Source: Candidatus Eiseniibacteriota bacterium
GTDB taxonomy: Bacteria > Eisenbacteria > RBG-16-71-46 > CAZAMP01
Assembly: GCA_965224245.1 (NCBI GenBank)
Contig: OZ245046.1
Span: forward strand, 5,024,001-5,088,000
Length of the DNA: 64,000 nt
Reading direction: 5' to 3'
Numbering within the stretch: the first letter of the stretch is position 1; each line of letters begins with the position of its first letter. Below are positions 38,798-48,922 of this stretch, piece by piece. Both the position numbers and the translations under genes were made by a program. The notes below the pieces were generated by a model. The model had not been told where the DNA came from. It saw nothing but the letters and a program-made list of their open reading frames with translations, and ran no database searches.

Positions 38798-40033
38798 TCA
38801 CGTTCGCCGCCGCGCGTCCTGCAGGACGATCGCGGCGACGGCGACGAGAATCAGCACCATCACGACGGTCAACACGGCGGGATGGCGTCGCACCCACTCC
38901 CAGCCGATTCCGGGCGGCGAGTAGCGGGGGTTCGTGACCTCGGGACCCAGAGCCGCGAGCTCGAACGCCTCGGTCCGCATCACGACGTCCTGCTCGACGG
39001 CGCCGGAGCTTCCCAGAAACGGGTCACCGTAGTTGATCCACAACCGCGTCGCATCGGACGGAACGCGAAGCACGATGCGGGTCGGAACGACCTCCACGGC
39101 GAGCGGTGTGAACGGCGCCGTCGCACCGCCCGCGCCGACGACGGACACCCGAATCCCCGATGCGCGCTGCGGGGAGAACGTCACGTGTCGGTTGCTCTCA
39201 CGGCGACGTGCCTGGGTCTCACCCGGGTCGACGGACCGCCACCGATCCGGCGCGACCTCCAGCTCGATCATGAGACGGTTGAACGCGCTCTCGTCGGTCG
39301 GCTCGACGACGACGCCGGCGACCCATCGCGATGCGACGAGGTCCAGGCGATGGCCCCACCGGTCACCGCGAAGCTCGGCGGTCGGCGTGAACGCGGCGTG
39401 CCGTCGGGGCGCAGGCTCGGTCGACTCGGTGTACAGCATCGCACCGGGCAACGACGCCCCGGCGTTCGTCGGTCCGACGAGCCGGACGTGACGTGGTGGC
39501 CGCGCGGGAAGCCGGACCACGGTCAACGTTCCCGTGACGTCGCCGAGCGTGGATACCTCGGCTTCCAGGGGCGCCCAGCGTCGCCCGGTCCGGCCCCCGA
39601 GCACGTGGATCGACGCCGGTCGGCCGAGCGCGGCAGCGTCGGGTATCACGACCAGCGCGGACACGGTCGTCGACTCGAGCTCGACGTCGAGCACGGGACC
39701 GGCGTTGGGATCGTCGTGCCAGGTCAGGGAATCGCTCCCCAGCGCCCTCCACCGCACGTCGGTGTCCCTCGGCAGGGTCGTGAAGTGTGGCACCAGGTGC
39801 CCCGCGTCATCCGACACCCGGACGTCGGCGAACTCGTTCGTGGCGGCGGCCAGCGAGTCGTCAGCGAGTACGGTGATCCAGCGGCCGGCGAGCTCGGCCG
39901 CGTCGATCTCGATCGGACGGCGGTGAGGGAGGCGTCGTAGCGGATCCTCGCCGGTGTCGTCGGCTCTCGAGGGGGTCGTCACGGCCAGGGCCGCGGCGAT
40001 CGCGACGATCTCGAGACCGAGCTTGCGCCTCAC
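38798..40033 (-). CDS. Exported, C-terminally anchored protein (DUF3999-like)
   Basis: GTG overlapping the upstream stop; signal peptide; DVRVSDDAG..VP; YGDP; C-terminal TM followed by RRR. Confidence 0.65.
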   Translation of the reverse strand: MRRKLGLEIVAIAAALAVTTPSRADDTGEDPLRRLPHRRPIEIDAAELAGRWITVLADDSLAAATNEFADVRVSDDAGHLVPHFTTLPRDTDVRWRALGSDSLTWHDDPNAGPVLDVELESTTVSALVVIPDAAALGRPASIHVLGGRTGRRWAPLEAEVSTLGDVTGTLTVVRLPARPPRHVRLVGPTNAGASLPGAMLYTESTEPAPRRHAAFTPTAELRGDRWGHRLDLVASRWVAGVVVEPTDESAFNRLMIELEVAPDRWRSVDPGETQARRRESNRHVTFSPQRASGIRVSVVGAGGATAPFTPLAVEVVPTRIVLRVPSDATRLWINYGDPFLGSSGAVEQDVVMRTEAFELAALGPEVTNPRYSPPGIGWEWVRRHPAVLTVVMVLILVAVAAIVLQDARRRT

Positions 40034-41865
40034 GTCGATCGCTCGCGTTGATAGAGAAGCGAGATCGCCAGGAGGAGAAGCCCCACCCCCACGAAGGTCG
40101 CGATGCGATAGCCCTCGCGCAGAACGTCGATGTCGAACGCGAAGACCTTCAAAACGAGCACGCCGAGAACGGCCACGCCGAGCAGGCGAAGCGGGCGGTA
40201 GGACGTGAGAAATCCCACCAGGATCAACGCGCCCGCGTACACGGCCCAGATCAGCGACAGCGTCATCAACATCGGAAGGCGCAGGCTTCCGGGTGCGCTG
40301 ACGACGGCCTCGCGCGCGCCGAAGGTGGCGATGGTCTCGATGGACACCCGCCACAGGAACACCGACGGGGCAACGAGCGCGAGCGTCGTCAGGAGCGAGC
40401 GTTCGGTGGGAGAGAGTGCGTCCCGATGTCGGTGCAGCTGCCGGGCCGCGAACCCGATCGCCGCCGCGGTCAGCGTGCCGACCAGGAACGACACGTTCAG
40501 CACCGGATGCTCGAGGGACGCCGACGAGGTCAGATCCCGGGTGTCGAAGACCAGCACCCGGAACACCGACAGCACGAACACGCCGAGTCCCATCGCGCGA
40601 TGGGGCCCGCTCCCGAGCCGGAGACCCGAGACCACCAGCGCGGTGCCGAGAAGCGTCCAGGCCAGCGTCGTGGACTCGGCGTCGAAGTGGCAGGGCACGG
40701 CGACGACGGCGAGGACGATTCCCGTGTAGTGCGTCAGTCGCGACGCGGGCGATCGCGTGGCCGGCGTCCAGCCGGCACGACCCAGCACCACGTAGATCAA
40801 CGCCAGGAGCGCGATGGCGATGCCGCGTAGCGGGGCCGCGTTCGGGGTCAGCGCGGCGTACAGGACGGCCGCATACCCCAGCCCGTTGCCCGCCACGATG
40901 AGGCTCTCCACGCCACTCCACGGCGTGCGGGGCGAGTCCGCCGCACCGTGTCGCGCGACGAACGGGAGCGCGGCGAAGGCGAGCCACAGCGGGGTGACGC
41001 CCGCCAGCGCCGCGCCGACGGCATCCGCCGAGAAGCTCCGATCCCACCAGTGGAGGATCTGGAGCGCGACCCCCGCGAACGTGACGAGCGGGAGTGGAAC
41101 CCAGCGCCGCCGGGTCGCGACCGCCAGGGCGCCCACCGTGCAGATGATCAGGTACGGAAACAGGAACGGCGCGGGATTGCCGGGCGCGGACAGGAAGGCC
41201 GGCGTCGCGAGCGCGCCGGTCGTGGTCAGAATGGCCACCGAGATCGCGTCGTGACGAAGCGACGACACGGTGCCGATGGCGGCGACGGCCAGAAGAAACG
41301 GATACACCACGGTGGCCGGGACCAGCGCGTGGAACCCGTGCGCGGCGTAGGCGGCGAGGAACAGGAGCGCGATGCCACCGCCCAGGAGGCCACGGCCGAG
41401 AAAGCGCTGGGCCCGCGACGACAGGAGCGTTCCGGTCACCACGAACACGAACGCGACCAGCGTTCCCAGGAGGACCTGTCCCGTGCCGGCCAGGGCGCCC
41501 GTGCCGAGGTCGGCGGCCAGGAAGAAGGCGGTCCCGAAGAACACGGCCATGATCCCGACCCACGTGAGCCACTGTCCCCCGATCAGCGCCTCGAGGTCCC
41601 GGCGCTCGCGGGGGGTGCGGGGGCGGGGCTCGACGCGTCGACGCGGCGCGGCCGGCGCCGACGTCTCGGCGGCGACGGGGGCCGCGGGCGCCGGGGCGCT
41701 CGGCGGCGTCTCGACCGCGCCGAGCGAGGTCGCGGTCCGGCCGCCGAGGGCGCGGAGCTCGGCCCGGACGCGCTTCATGTCGCTTCGCAGCACGAGCGCC
41801 ACGATCAGCGCCACCGGACCGGACAGGACGAGCCCGATCGCGAGGATGAGCATCATCACTTCCAT
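40030..41865 (-). CDS. DUF2339-like polytopic membrane protein
   Basis: [26 protein letters not shown]...YRI.TF.GVG; many TM segments. Confidence 0.85.
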   Translation of the reverse strand: MEVMMLILAIGLVLSGPVALIVALVLRSDMKRVRAELRALGGRTATSLGAVETPPSAPAPAAPVAAETSAPAAPRRRVEPRPRTPRERRDLEALIGGQWLTWVGIMAVFFGTAFFLAADLGTGALAGTGQVLLGTLVAFVFVVTGTLLSSRAQRFLGRGLLGGGIALLFLAAYAAHGFHALVPATVVYPFLLAVAAIGTVSSLRHDAISVAILTTTGALATPAFLSAPGNPAPFLFPYLIICTVGALAVATRRRWVPLPLVTFAGVALQILHWWDRSFSADAVGAALAGVTPLWLAFAALPFVARHGAADSPRTPWSGVESLIVAGNGLGYAAVLYAALTPNAAPLRGIAIALLALIYVVLGRAGWTPATRSPASRLTHYTGIVLAVVAVPCHFDAESTTLAWTLLGTALVVSGLRLGSGPHRAMGLGVFVLSVFRVLVFDTRDLTSSASLEHPVLNVSFLVGTLTAAAIGFAARQLHRHRDALSPTERSLLTTLALVAPSVFLWRVSIETIATFGAREAVVSAPGSLRLPMLMTLSLIWAVYAGALILVGFLTSYRPLRLLGVAVLGVLVLKVFAFDIDVLREGYRIATFVGVGLLLLAISLLYQRERST

Positions 41866-42016
41866 GATCCTCAGCCTACGAGGTCGCCGCCGGCCGCGCC
41901 AGAGGGAACATCGGGACCCATAACTTATTATCATGAAACGATTTGATTCGCGGACTGCCCGCGCGGGCGGGACTGCCGCCGACCCCGCCGGGCCGCGAAC
42001 TTTCTTCGCCCGCCGA

Positions 42017-42042
42017 TGCAACCCCTTACTCCGACACCCGTA
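42017..42042 (+). promoter_or_regulatory. Putative ECF-sigma (SigW-like) promoter
   Basis: TGCAAC-N16-CGTA versus the SigW consensus TGAAAC-N16-CGTA. Confidence 0.55.
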
Positions 42043-42110
42043 GTTGATGCCATCGAGGCCCCCAAGACCTCGCTCGGCTTTGCCCCCAGGAAACGAGTGG
42101 AGTAACCGTC

Positions 42111-44015
42111 ATGAATCGGATGTACAGATCTTTCACCAGCGGAGCCGCTGCCCTCCTCGCCTTCGCGTCGGTCGCCACCGCGGACGAGTTCATCCGACTG
42201 GACGATCCCGACGTCTACGATCTCCAGACGCAGGGCTTCGAGCTCGAACGCGGTGGCGAGGTCTCGATCGACGCCGTGGGCCTTCGGCCCCGAAACGCGG
42301 ACGATCTCTCGGTCTATGCCTGGATCCTCGATGCCCGCACGCGCGAGGTGGTCTGGAGGATGGACCGGCGAAACACCGACCGGATGAGGGGATCACGCGT
42401 GCTCCGCGAGGTCAGGACCACCCTCGACCTGCCGGCCGGCGAGTACGAGCTGTACTTCTTCTCCGGCGACGATCTCGCGACCGTCTCCATCCACTGGAGC
42501 GACTGGAGCGACTGGCGCGAGTGGTTCTCCTGGAGCCGCGACGACGATCGTGACCGCGAGTGGAGGGAGGCCGAGGAGGAACGCGAGCGCGAGCGCGACC
42601 GCGAACGCGACGAACGCGACCTCGAACGCGACCTCGAGCGGGCCGAGCGGGATCGCGAGCGCGCCGAGCGGGCCCTGGACCGCGCCAAGCGCGACCGGGA
42701 CTGGGAGCGCGCTCGCCGGCGCCACGACGAGCTCGACGACTGCTACGTGAGCCTCTCGTCCACCGACCTCTCGTCGCGGGACATCCGCCTGACGGACGTC
42801 GACGGAGGCTTCGAGGACGCCCTGGTCCGGTTCAACGAGGTCGGAGACTCCGAGTACCTCTCGCAGGGCTTCGAGATCGATCGTCCGCTGTCGCTCCACC
42901 TGTACGCGCTGATCGAGCATCCGAAGGGCGACCGCGAGCCCGCCGACTACGCCTGGATCATCAACGAGGAAACCCGGGAGGTCGTGTGGCGCACCACCAA
43001 GCGCAACACCGATCGAGCCGGTGGCGGGGACAAGAACCGCGTGTTCGACGACGAGGTGGACTTCGAAGCCGGCCGGTACGTGCTGAGCTACGGCACCGAC
43101 GATTCGCACTCCTACGAGGAGTTCAACGTGAACCCGCCCACCGATCCGCTCAACTGGGGCGTGACGGTGAGCCCGGGTCGCGACTTCCGATCGGGATCGT
43201 TCTCGCTGTTCGAGAGCGCTCGCGAGCGTGACCCGCTGGTCGCGTTCACGCGCGCGGGGGACTACGACTTCTTTGAGCAGGCCTTCCGCCTGGACCGCGA
43301 CGGCGACCTCCTCGTCTATGCGCTCGGCGAGTACTCGTACGGCGACCGCGAGTTCGTCGACTACGCCTGGATCGCCGACGCCGGGACCGGCGAGGTGGTC
43401 TGGGAGATGACGCGCGACAACACGATCGCCGGCGGCGGGGCCGAGAAGAACCGAATGTTCGACGGGCGCGTTCACCTCGAGCGCGGCGACTACGTCGTGT
43501 ACTACGTCACCGACGACTCGCACTCGTACGAGGACTGGAACCAGGCGCGTCCGATCGATCCGAACGCCTGGGGCGTCCAGATCTTCGCCAGCGACGACAT
43601 CGACAGCGGCGACCTGGAGCTCATGACGATGTCCGAGGTTCAGGACGACGCCGACGTGCTCGCACGAATCGTGCGCGTGGGAGACCGCGAGCGCCGGCGT
43701 GAACGCTTCACGCTGGACGACGACGCGCGGGTGCACATCTACGCGCTCGGCGAGGGCACCGGGGGCGAGATGTACGACTATGCGTACATCATCGACGACG
43801 ACTCCGGCCGCACGGTGTGGGAGATGACCTATCGTGACACCGATCACGCGGGCGGCGCCCGGAAGAACCGGCGCGTCAGCGAGGACATCCGGCTCGAAAG
43901 CGGCCGCTACGAGGTAGTGTACGTGTCCGACGGCTCGCACAGCTTCCAGGACTGGAACGCGCGCCGTCCCCGCGATCCGATGAACTGGGGCGTCACGGTC
44001 ACCCGGGCTCACTGA
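42111..44015 (+). CDS. Secreted protein with four tandem homologous domains and a charged helical insert
   Basis: Signal peptide; repeated YAWI.D..T..VVW.M...NT..AGG..KNR...G.Y...TD.SHS...N..P.DP..WGV. Confidence 0.85.
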   Translation: MNRMYRSFTSGAAALLAFASVATADEFIRLDDPDVYDLQTQGFELERGGEVSIDAVGLRPRNADDLSVYAWILDARTREVVWRMDRRNTDRMRGSRVLREVRTTLDLPAGEYELYFFSGDDLATVSIHWSDWSDWREWFSWSRDDDRDREWREAEEERERERDRERDERDLERDLERAERDRERAERALDRAKRDRDWERARRRHDELDDCYVSLSSTDLSSRDIRLTDVDGGFEDALVRFNEVGDSEYLSQGFEIDRPLSLHLYALIEHPKGDREPADYAWIINEETREVVWRTTKRNTDRAGGGDKNRVFDDEVDFEAGRYVLSYGTDDSHSYEEFNVNPPTDPLNWGVTVSPGRDFRSGSFSLFESARERDPLVAFTRAGDYDFFEQAFRLDRDGDLLVYALGEYSYGDREFVDYAWIADAGTGEVVWEMTRDNTIAGGGAEKNRMFDGRVHLERGDYVVYYVTDDSHSYEDWNQARPIDPNAWGVQIFASDDIDSGDLELMTMSEVQDDADVLARIVRVGDRERRRERFTLDDDARVHIYALGEGTGGEMYDYAYIIDDDSGRTVWEMTYRDTDHAGGARKNRRVSEDIRLESGRYEVVYVSDGSHSFQDWNARRPRDPMNWGVTVTRAH

Positions 44016-44043
44016 CCGCCGTCGCGCCGCCGACCGTCTGAAC

Positions 44044-44094
44044 CGCCGGGCGGGCCGGGCTTCCGCACACCGGAAGCGCCGGCCCGCCTCGGCG
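44044..44094 (+). terminator. Long GC-rich hairpin downstream of the repeat-protein gene
   Basis: GGCGGGCCGGGCTTCCG ... CGGAAGCGCCGGCCCGCC; no U-tract. Confidence 0.55.
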
Positions 44095-44143
44095 TGTATG
44101 CTCCGGCCCGTTGATCGACCACCCGGACCGGAGCCTTCTTCGA

Positions 44144-45961
44144 GTGACGCGAGCCGACGACACCCCCCCGCGCAGCCGCGCCGACGTGCGCGCCGCCTAT
44201 CGCACACGGCGAGACGAACGCGCCGCCGTTGCGGCCGGGCTCGCCTCCCGGGACCGCACCCTCGCCGCTCTTCGCGTCGGGGTGTTCCTCGCCGGCCTCG
44301 TTCTCGCGTGGCTCGTGCTCGCCCGGGGATCGCTCGGCCTTGCCTGGCTGAGCGTGCCGCTTCTCGCCTTCCTCGGGCTGGTGGTCGTGCACGCACGCGT
44401 CATGCGGAGCCTCGCGCGAGCCACGCGTGCCGTTCTGCACTACGACGCCGGGATCCGGCGCCTGGACGACGCCTGGGCCGGTGAGGGCGACCCCGGCGAC
44501 GAGTTTCGGGATCCTGACCACCCCTACGCCGAGGATCTGGATCTCTTCGGGAAGGGATCGCTCTTCGAGCGGCTGGCCGTGCTGGCCACCGCCACCGGTC
44601 GGCGCACGCTGGCCGGATGGCTTCTCGCGCCCGCGAACGCCGAGACGGTCGCGCGCCGTCAGGCGGCGATCGCCGAGCTGCGTGACGACGTCGGTCTTCG
44701 GGAGCGATTGATCGTGACCGGATCGGAGGTGCGCGTCGGGGGCCGCGAGGCGCGCATCGAGTCCTGGGTGGCCACACCGGACCGCCTCGGCGCCCCACCA
44801 CTGCGCGCGCTGGGGGTCGCACTGACCCTCGCGGCCGTCGCCGGCGGCGTCGGATGGGCGGCCGGCGCATGGCCCGGACACGTACTCGCGCTCGTGGCGA
44901 TCGCGGAGCTCGCGCTGTGGCTCGTCGTCGGGCGCACCATCCGTGCGGTTCTGGCGGACGTCGAGCCGATCATGCGGGACCTGGATGATCTCGCACCGGT
45001 GCTGGAGTTCGTCGAGTCCGGCGCCTTCGAGGCTCCGCTGCTCGGGGATCTCCGTTCCGCCATGGACGTGACCAGACCGGCTCCCGCCGCCATCGCCCGG
45101 CTCCGCAGGCTGGTGGAGCTGGTGGACTCCACCCGCAATCCGTTCTTCGCACCCGCCGCGTTTCTCCTCCTCTGGTCGTTCCACCTCGCCGTCGCGGTCG
45201 AACGGTGGCGCTCGCGGCACGGCGATCAGATCGACACGTGGTTCCGCGTGGCCGGCGAGCTGGACGCGCTCGTCGCGATCGCCGGCTACGCGCACGAGTG
45301 CCCCGAGGACCGATTCCCCTCGCTCGAGACGGGCGCGTGGCGGCTCTCGGCCGAGGGCCTCGGGCATCCGTTGATCCCGATCGATCGCGCGGTCCGGAAC
45401 GAGGTCACGCTGGGAGTGGACGGACCCTCGCTTCTGGTCGTGAGCGGATCGAACATGTCCGGGAAGAGCACGCTCCTTCGCGCCGTCGGGCTCAACGCCG
45501 TCCTGGCTCAGGCCGGCGCGCCGGTGCGCGCGCACTCGTTCCGGCTCACGCCGTTGACCGTGGGAGCGTCGATCCAGACCGTGGACTCTCTCGCCGAGGG
45601 ACGGTCCCGCTTCTACGCCGAGATCTCGAGGCTGCGCCAGCTGATGACGCTGGCCGAGGACTCCCCGCCGCTGCTGTTCCTGGTGGACGAGGTTCTGGCG
45701 GGGACGAACTCACACGATCGGCGCATCGGCAGCCGCGCGGTGCTGTCGGGGTTCCTCGCGCGCGGGGCGTGCGGCCTCGTGACGACACACGATCTCGCCC
45801 TGACCGAGCTCGTCGACCAGCTGGGAGCGCCAGCGCGCAACGTCCACTTCGAGGACCATCTCGCCGGCGGCGTGATGCACTTCGACTACCGGCTTCGCGA
45901 CGGCGTCGTGACCAAGAGCAACGCCGTCGCGCTGATGCGGTCGGTCGGCCTGGACGTCTAG
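44144..45961 (+). CDS. Membrane-anchored MutS-family ATPase (domain V type, no mismatch-binding domain)
   Basis: TM segments; HPYAEDLDLFG; GSNMSGKST; SRFYAE; DEVLAGTNS; TTHD. Confidence 0.9.
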   Translation: MTRADDTPPRSRADVRAAYRTRRDERAAVAAGLASRDRTLAALRVGVFLAGLVLAWLVLARGSLGLAWLSVPLLAFLGLVVVHARVMRSLARATRAVLHYDAGIRRLDDAWAGEGDPGDEFRDPDHPYAEDLDLFGKGSLFERLAVLATATGRRTLAGWLLAPANAETVARRQAAIAELRDDVGLRERLIVTGSEVRVGGREARIESWVATPDRLGAPPLRALGVALTLAAVAGGVGWAAGAWPGHVLALVAIAELALWLVVGRTIRAVLADVEPIMRDLDDLAPVLEFVESGAFEAPLLGDLRSAMDVTRPAPAAIARLRRLVELVDSTRNPFFAPAAFLLLWSFHLAVAVERWRSRHGDQIDTWFRVAGELDALVAIAGYAHECPEDRFPSLETGAWRLSAEGLGHPLIPIDRAVRNEVTLGVDGPSLLVVSGSNMSGKSTLLRAVGLNAVLAQAGAPVRAHSFRLTPLTVGASIQTVDSLAEGRSRFYAEISRLRQLMTLAEDSPPLLFLVDEVLAGTNSHDRRIGSRAVLSGFLARGACGLVTTHDLALTELVDQLGAPARNVHFEDHLAGGVMHFDYRLRDGVVTKSNAVALMRSVGLDV

Positions 45962-46027
45962 CCGACGCCGGGACCGACCGACGGCTCTTCGCGCGCGCGG
46001 CGCGCGGGCGCACGTCACCGCGGGGGA

Positions 46028-47038
46028 CTAGCCCGCCGCGATCGACTGGCCCTTGACGGGCTCGCCGCGTTCGACGTGCTCGTCGCCGACCTGGAAGTCG
46101 GTGAAGCGGGCGGGTAGCCCGTCTCCGTCCCCGACGATCGCCGAGTTCTGAAGGTGGTAGTGAAGATGCGGCTCGCTGGAGTTGCCGCTATTGCCACAGG
46201 TCCCCAGAAGCGTGCCCGCCTCCACGACGTCACCCGCGGTCACCCGGATGGTGCCCGGTCGAAGGTGCGCGAGGAACGAGAACTCGCCGTTCCCGTGATC
46301 GATGATCACGTGGTTGCCGAGCGGCTGGGCTGCATTCGTCTCGCCGGGTACGTTGTCCGGAATGCCGTCCAGCACCGCCACGATCTGGCCGGGCGCCGGT
46401 GACAGGAGCGGCGCGCCGTAGCAGAAGTAGTCCTCGTTGCGATCCCCGTCGCCGCCATGCGTCGTTCCGTCCCGCTCGATGACGAGATCCAGCGCGAACC
46501 GCTGATCGCGCGTGGCGGCGTGATGGTTCTCCTCGAGCGAGCGTCCGCCCCAGAAGACGTACCAGGTCTCGTCGAAGGGGAGCCTCAGCGTGGTTCTCGG
46601 CTCGTAGTCGAGGAAGTCGCTCGGATGCGGACGCGACGACGGGCGCACCGTGAAGCCCGCGATCGCCTCGTCCGGGGTGAACGCCCAGCACATCTCGACC
46701 AGCTCGGGCCGCTTCTCGAACCGGGCGAGACGAACGAACTCGGTCAGCGTGCCCTTGGGGCCGGTCGTCTCGTCCAGGATCTCGACCATCGTCCCCAGCT
46801 GGGTCACGCAGGTGCTCTGGAACGCGGCGAGCTTCTCGTCCGGCATCGCGTTCGCGAGCTGGGGATCGAAGGCGGCGGCGATCTGATCGAGGCTGCCGGC
46901 CAGGAACGCATCGGAGTACGTGCGTCCGAGCGCGAGGGCGTCTGCACCGGCGCTCGAGGACGCCAGGGCGCCGGCGACGAGGGCCCACAGAAGCGGGGCC
47001 GCGAGCTGCCGCCCGTGGCCCGGGTAGACGAAAGACAT
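46028..47038 (-). CDS. M23 family peptidase with a DUF3887-like N-terminal domain
   Basis: Signal peptide; NHH...FALD; GNHVIIDH; AHL; GNSGNSSEPHLH. Confidence 0.88.
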   Translation of the reverse strand: MSFVYPGHGRQLAAPLLWALVAGALASSSAGADALALGRTYSDAFLAGSLDQIAAAFDPQLANAMPDEKLAAFQSTCVTQLGTMVEILDETTGPKGTLTEFVRLARFEKRPELVEMCWAFTPDEAIAGFTVRPSSRPHPSDFLDYEPRTTLRLPFDETWYVFWGGRSLEENHHAATRDQRFALDLVIERDGTTHGGDGDRNEDYFCYGAPLLSPAPGQIVAVLDGIPDNVPGETNAAQPLGNHVIIDHGNGEFSFLAHLRPGTIRVTAGDVVEAGTLLGTCGNSGNSSEPHLHYHLQNSAIVGDGDGLPARFTDFQVGDEHVERGEPVKGQSIAAG

Positions 47039-47085
47039 CGGTTGGGTCTCTCCGGAGTCCGCGGCGCGAGACCGCGAGTGGACGA

Positions 47086-47649
47086 TCAGGGATACTCGAA
47101 CAGATGAAGCTTCGGCCGCCCGAGGACGTTTCCGTAGATCGCCCACTCGTTCGGGGCTCGGCCGGTTTGCCCGAAGATCCAGAGCTCGCGGAGGTTCAGG
47201 GAGGGGAGGTCGAGGGCCGCGAGGTTGCGGATGCCCTCGCGGTTGAGGTGGATGCCGACGACCAGACCATCGGAGGAGGCGTAGCGGGTGAGCTTCTCGA
47301 GGACACCGTCGATGCTGCTGTCGGGGTTGACGCGGGTGGGGACGACTTCCTTCAGCTGAACGGGTATGAAGACCGTTCTTCGTCGGGCGCGCCAGGCCAT
47401 GACGCAGTCGTAGTCCGCGTCCTCGGCGAGGGCGTAGAACACCGGTCGTTTGAGGACGGCGGTGGCGAGCCCGTGGCAGAGGATCGCGGCCTGGTGTCGC
47501 TCGCGGATGTAGCGGTGACGTCCGGAGCGATACCGACGCAGAGGATCCCCGCGATGCGGTGGGCCGTGCCGGCGCCGCATCCATTCGAGCGCGTGGCGCG
47601 GATCGCTGTAGGTGAGCGTCTCCCACTGGCGCTGAGTGATGCTGTCCAT
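47086..47649 (-). CDS. Hypothetical protein, possible PD-(D/E)xK nuclease-like fold
   Basis: AGGAG + ATG; EDADYDCV...FIPVQLKE. Confidence 0.55.
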   Translation of the reverse strand: MDSITQRQWETLTYSDPRHALEWMRRRHGPPHRGDPLRRYRSGRHRYIRERHQAAILCHGLATAVLKRPVFYALAEDADYDCVMAWRARRRTVFIPVQLKEVVPTRVNPDSSIDGVLEKLTRYASSDGLVVGIHLNREGIRNLAALDLPSLNLRELWIFGQTGRAPNEWAIYGNVLGRPKLHLFEYP

Positions 47650-47864
47650 GCCGTGCTCCTAGGGCGACGCGGTGCGGGGGCACCCGAGATAGCACTCCAA
47701 CTATATCATGATTACGCTTCCCCCGCTGCCCGATGAACCCGGCGGCTGCGCGCACGGTTCCTCGGCGCGCCGTCGACGCATCACGGGGGATCGGTCTCCT
47801 TCACGTTCGACACGTGCCCGGCTCCGTGCTCGGCACGGTGCCCGGCCTCTCGCCCGTCGTCTCG

Positions 47865-48368
47865 TCATTCCGAAGAGTCAGCCGACGATGCACCCGCGGA
47901 CGGCTCATCGCAACCAAAGAACGCCGCGTTCAGCGCGAGGAACGCGTGGGCCCAGCGATACGAGGTCAGAACCGGGCGGTGATCGCGTCCGATCGCGCGC
48001 AACGCCGCGGCCAGTGCCTCGACGCTCGCGAGACCGCCGTCCGGATCCGGCGACAGCTTGCCGACCCGGGGATACGCCGTCCGGATGGGCGGATCGACCG
48101 GCAACGAGCGGGGCTCGACGTGCGCGTAGCGGCGCTCCATCGGCGCCACCAGTCGCCACGTCGCATCGAGGATCAGGATCGGTCGATGGCGGTCGGCCGG
48201 TGTCAGCGGCGGGCCCTCGAAGCCGAGCCGGACGTGGTCGCCGACGTCGGGATCCTCGGTGGGATACACGAAGAACTCGATACCGGCCAGACCCTCGAGA
48301 GGCGTCAGCGAGCACTTCTCGGGCCGCTCGCGCCGGTGCCGGATGATCGTGATGCGCGGTCGGTTCAT
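47865..48368 (-). CDS. Tsr3/DTW-like aminocarboxypropyltransferase homologue
   Basis: PEKCSL, LDATW, RSLP, LASVEALAAA, YRWAHAFLALN. Confidence 0.75.
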   Translation of the reverse strand: MNRPRITIIRHRRERPEKCSLTPLEGLAGIEFFVYPTEDPDVGDHVRLGFEGPPLTPADRHRPILILDATWRLVAPMERRYAHVEPRSLPVDPPIRTAYPRVGKLSPDPDGGLASVEALAAALRAIGRDHRPVLTSYRWAHAFLALNAAFFGCDEPSAGASSADSSE

Positions 48369-48448
48369 GAGCCCAAGAATACGTAACGATCGTTCTCGCG
48401 GGCAAACACGGCTAGACTCCGGTGACCACGGTCGCCGACGGAGGATGC

Positions 48449-48922
48449 ATGCGGTGGGCCCGAGTGCTGCTCGCCGTGATGCTCGCGGCCGTCATCGGTC
48501 TGACGATCTTCGGAACGCTGGCGGTGCGACACGTCACGGTGGAGTCCGCGAACGCCGGACGCGCAGCGGATCGTTTCGCACACGTCCATGCCGAGTACCC
48601 GGGCGGGCCGGCGCTCCGGATCGAGCTCGACGCAGAGGGGCGCGCTCACGTCGTCCCGCGCGGCGATCCACCGCACGGGGATCGTCCGTCGCGCCTCCGG
48701 GTGCTGGCCTACCGCGTTCGCGACGACCGTCTCGCCGAGGCCGACGTCCCCTACTGGTTCGTCCGGCTGAAGCGACCGGCTCTCGCGTTCGCGCTGCGTC
48801 GAACCGGGGTGGATCTGGATGCACTCGGTCTCTCCGGCGCGGAGCTCGACGCGCACGGGCCGGGCATCCTGATCGATCGAGAGGGACGCGACGGTGATCG
48901 CGTCATGGTCTGGCTGGAATGA
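48449..48922 (+). CDS. Hypothetical membrane-anchored protein
   Basis: GGAGG + ATG; N-terminal hydrophobic stretch; ends VMVWLE. Confidence 0.6.
   Translation: MRWARVLLAVMLAAVIGLTIFGTLAVRHVTVESANAGRAADRFAHVHAEYPGGPALRIELDAEGRAHVVPRGDPPHGDRPSRLRVLAYRVRDDRLAEADVPYWFVRLKRPALAFALRRTGVDLDALGLSGAELDAHGPGILIDREGRDGDRVMVWLE

Noticed and set aside
40034-41572. N-terminal part of the track's 924-aa ORF
   Set aside because: Shadow frame over the DUF2339-like gene; the signal peptide starts at GTG 40033
42540-42730. GAGCGC/GAACGC-rich stretch as a DNA repeat element
   Set aside because: Explained by the R/E/D-rich coding sequence
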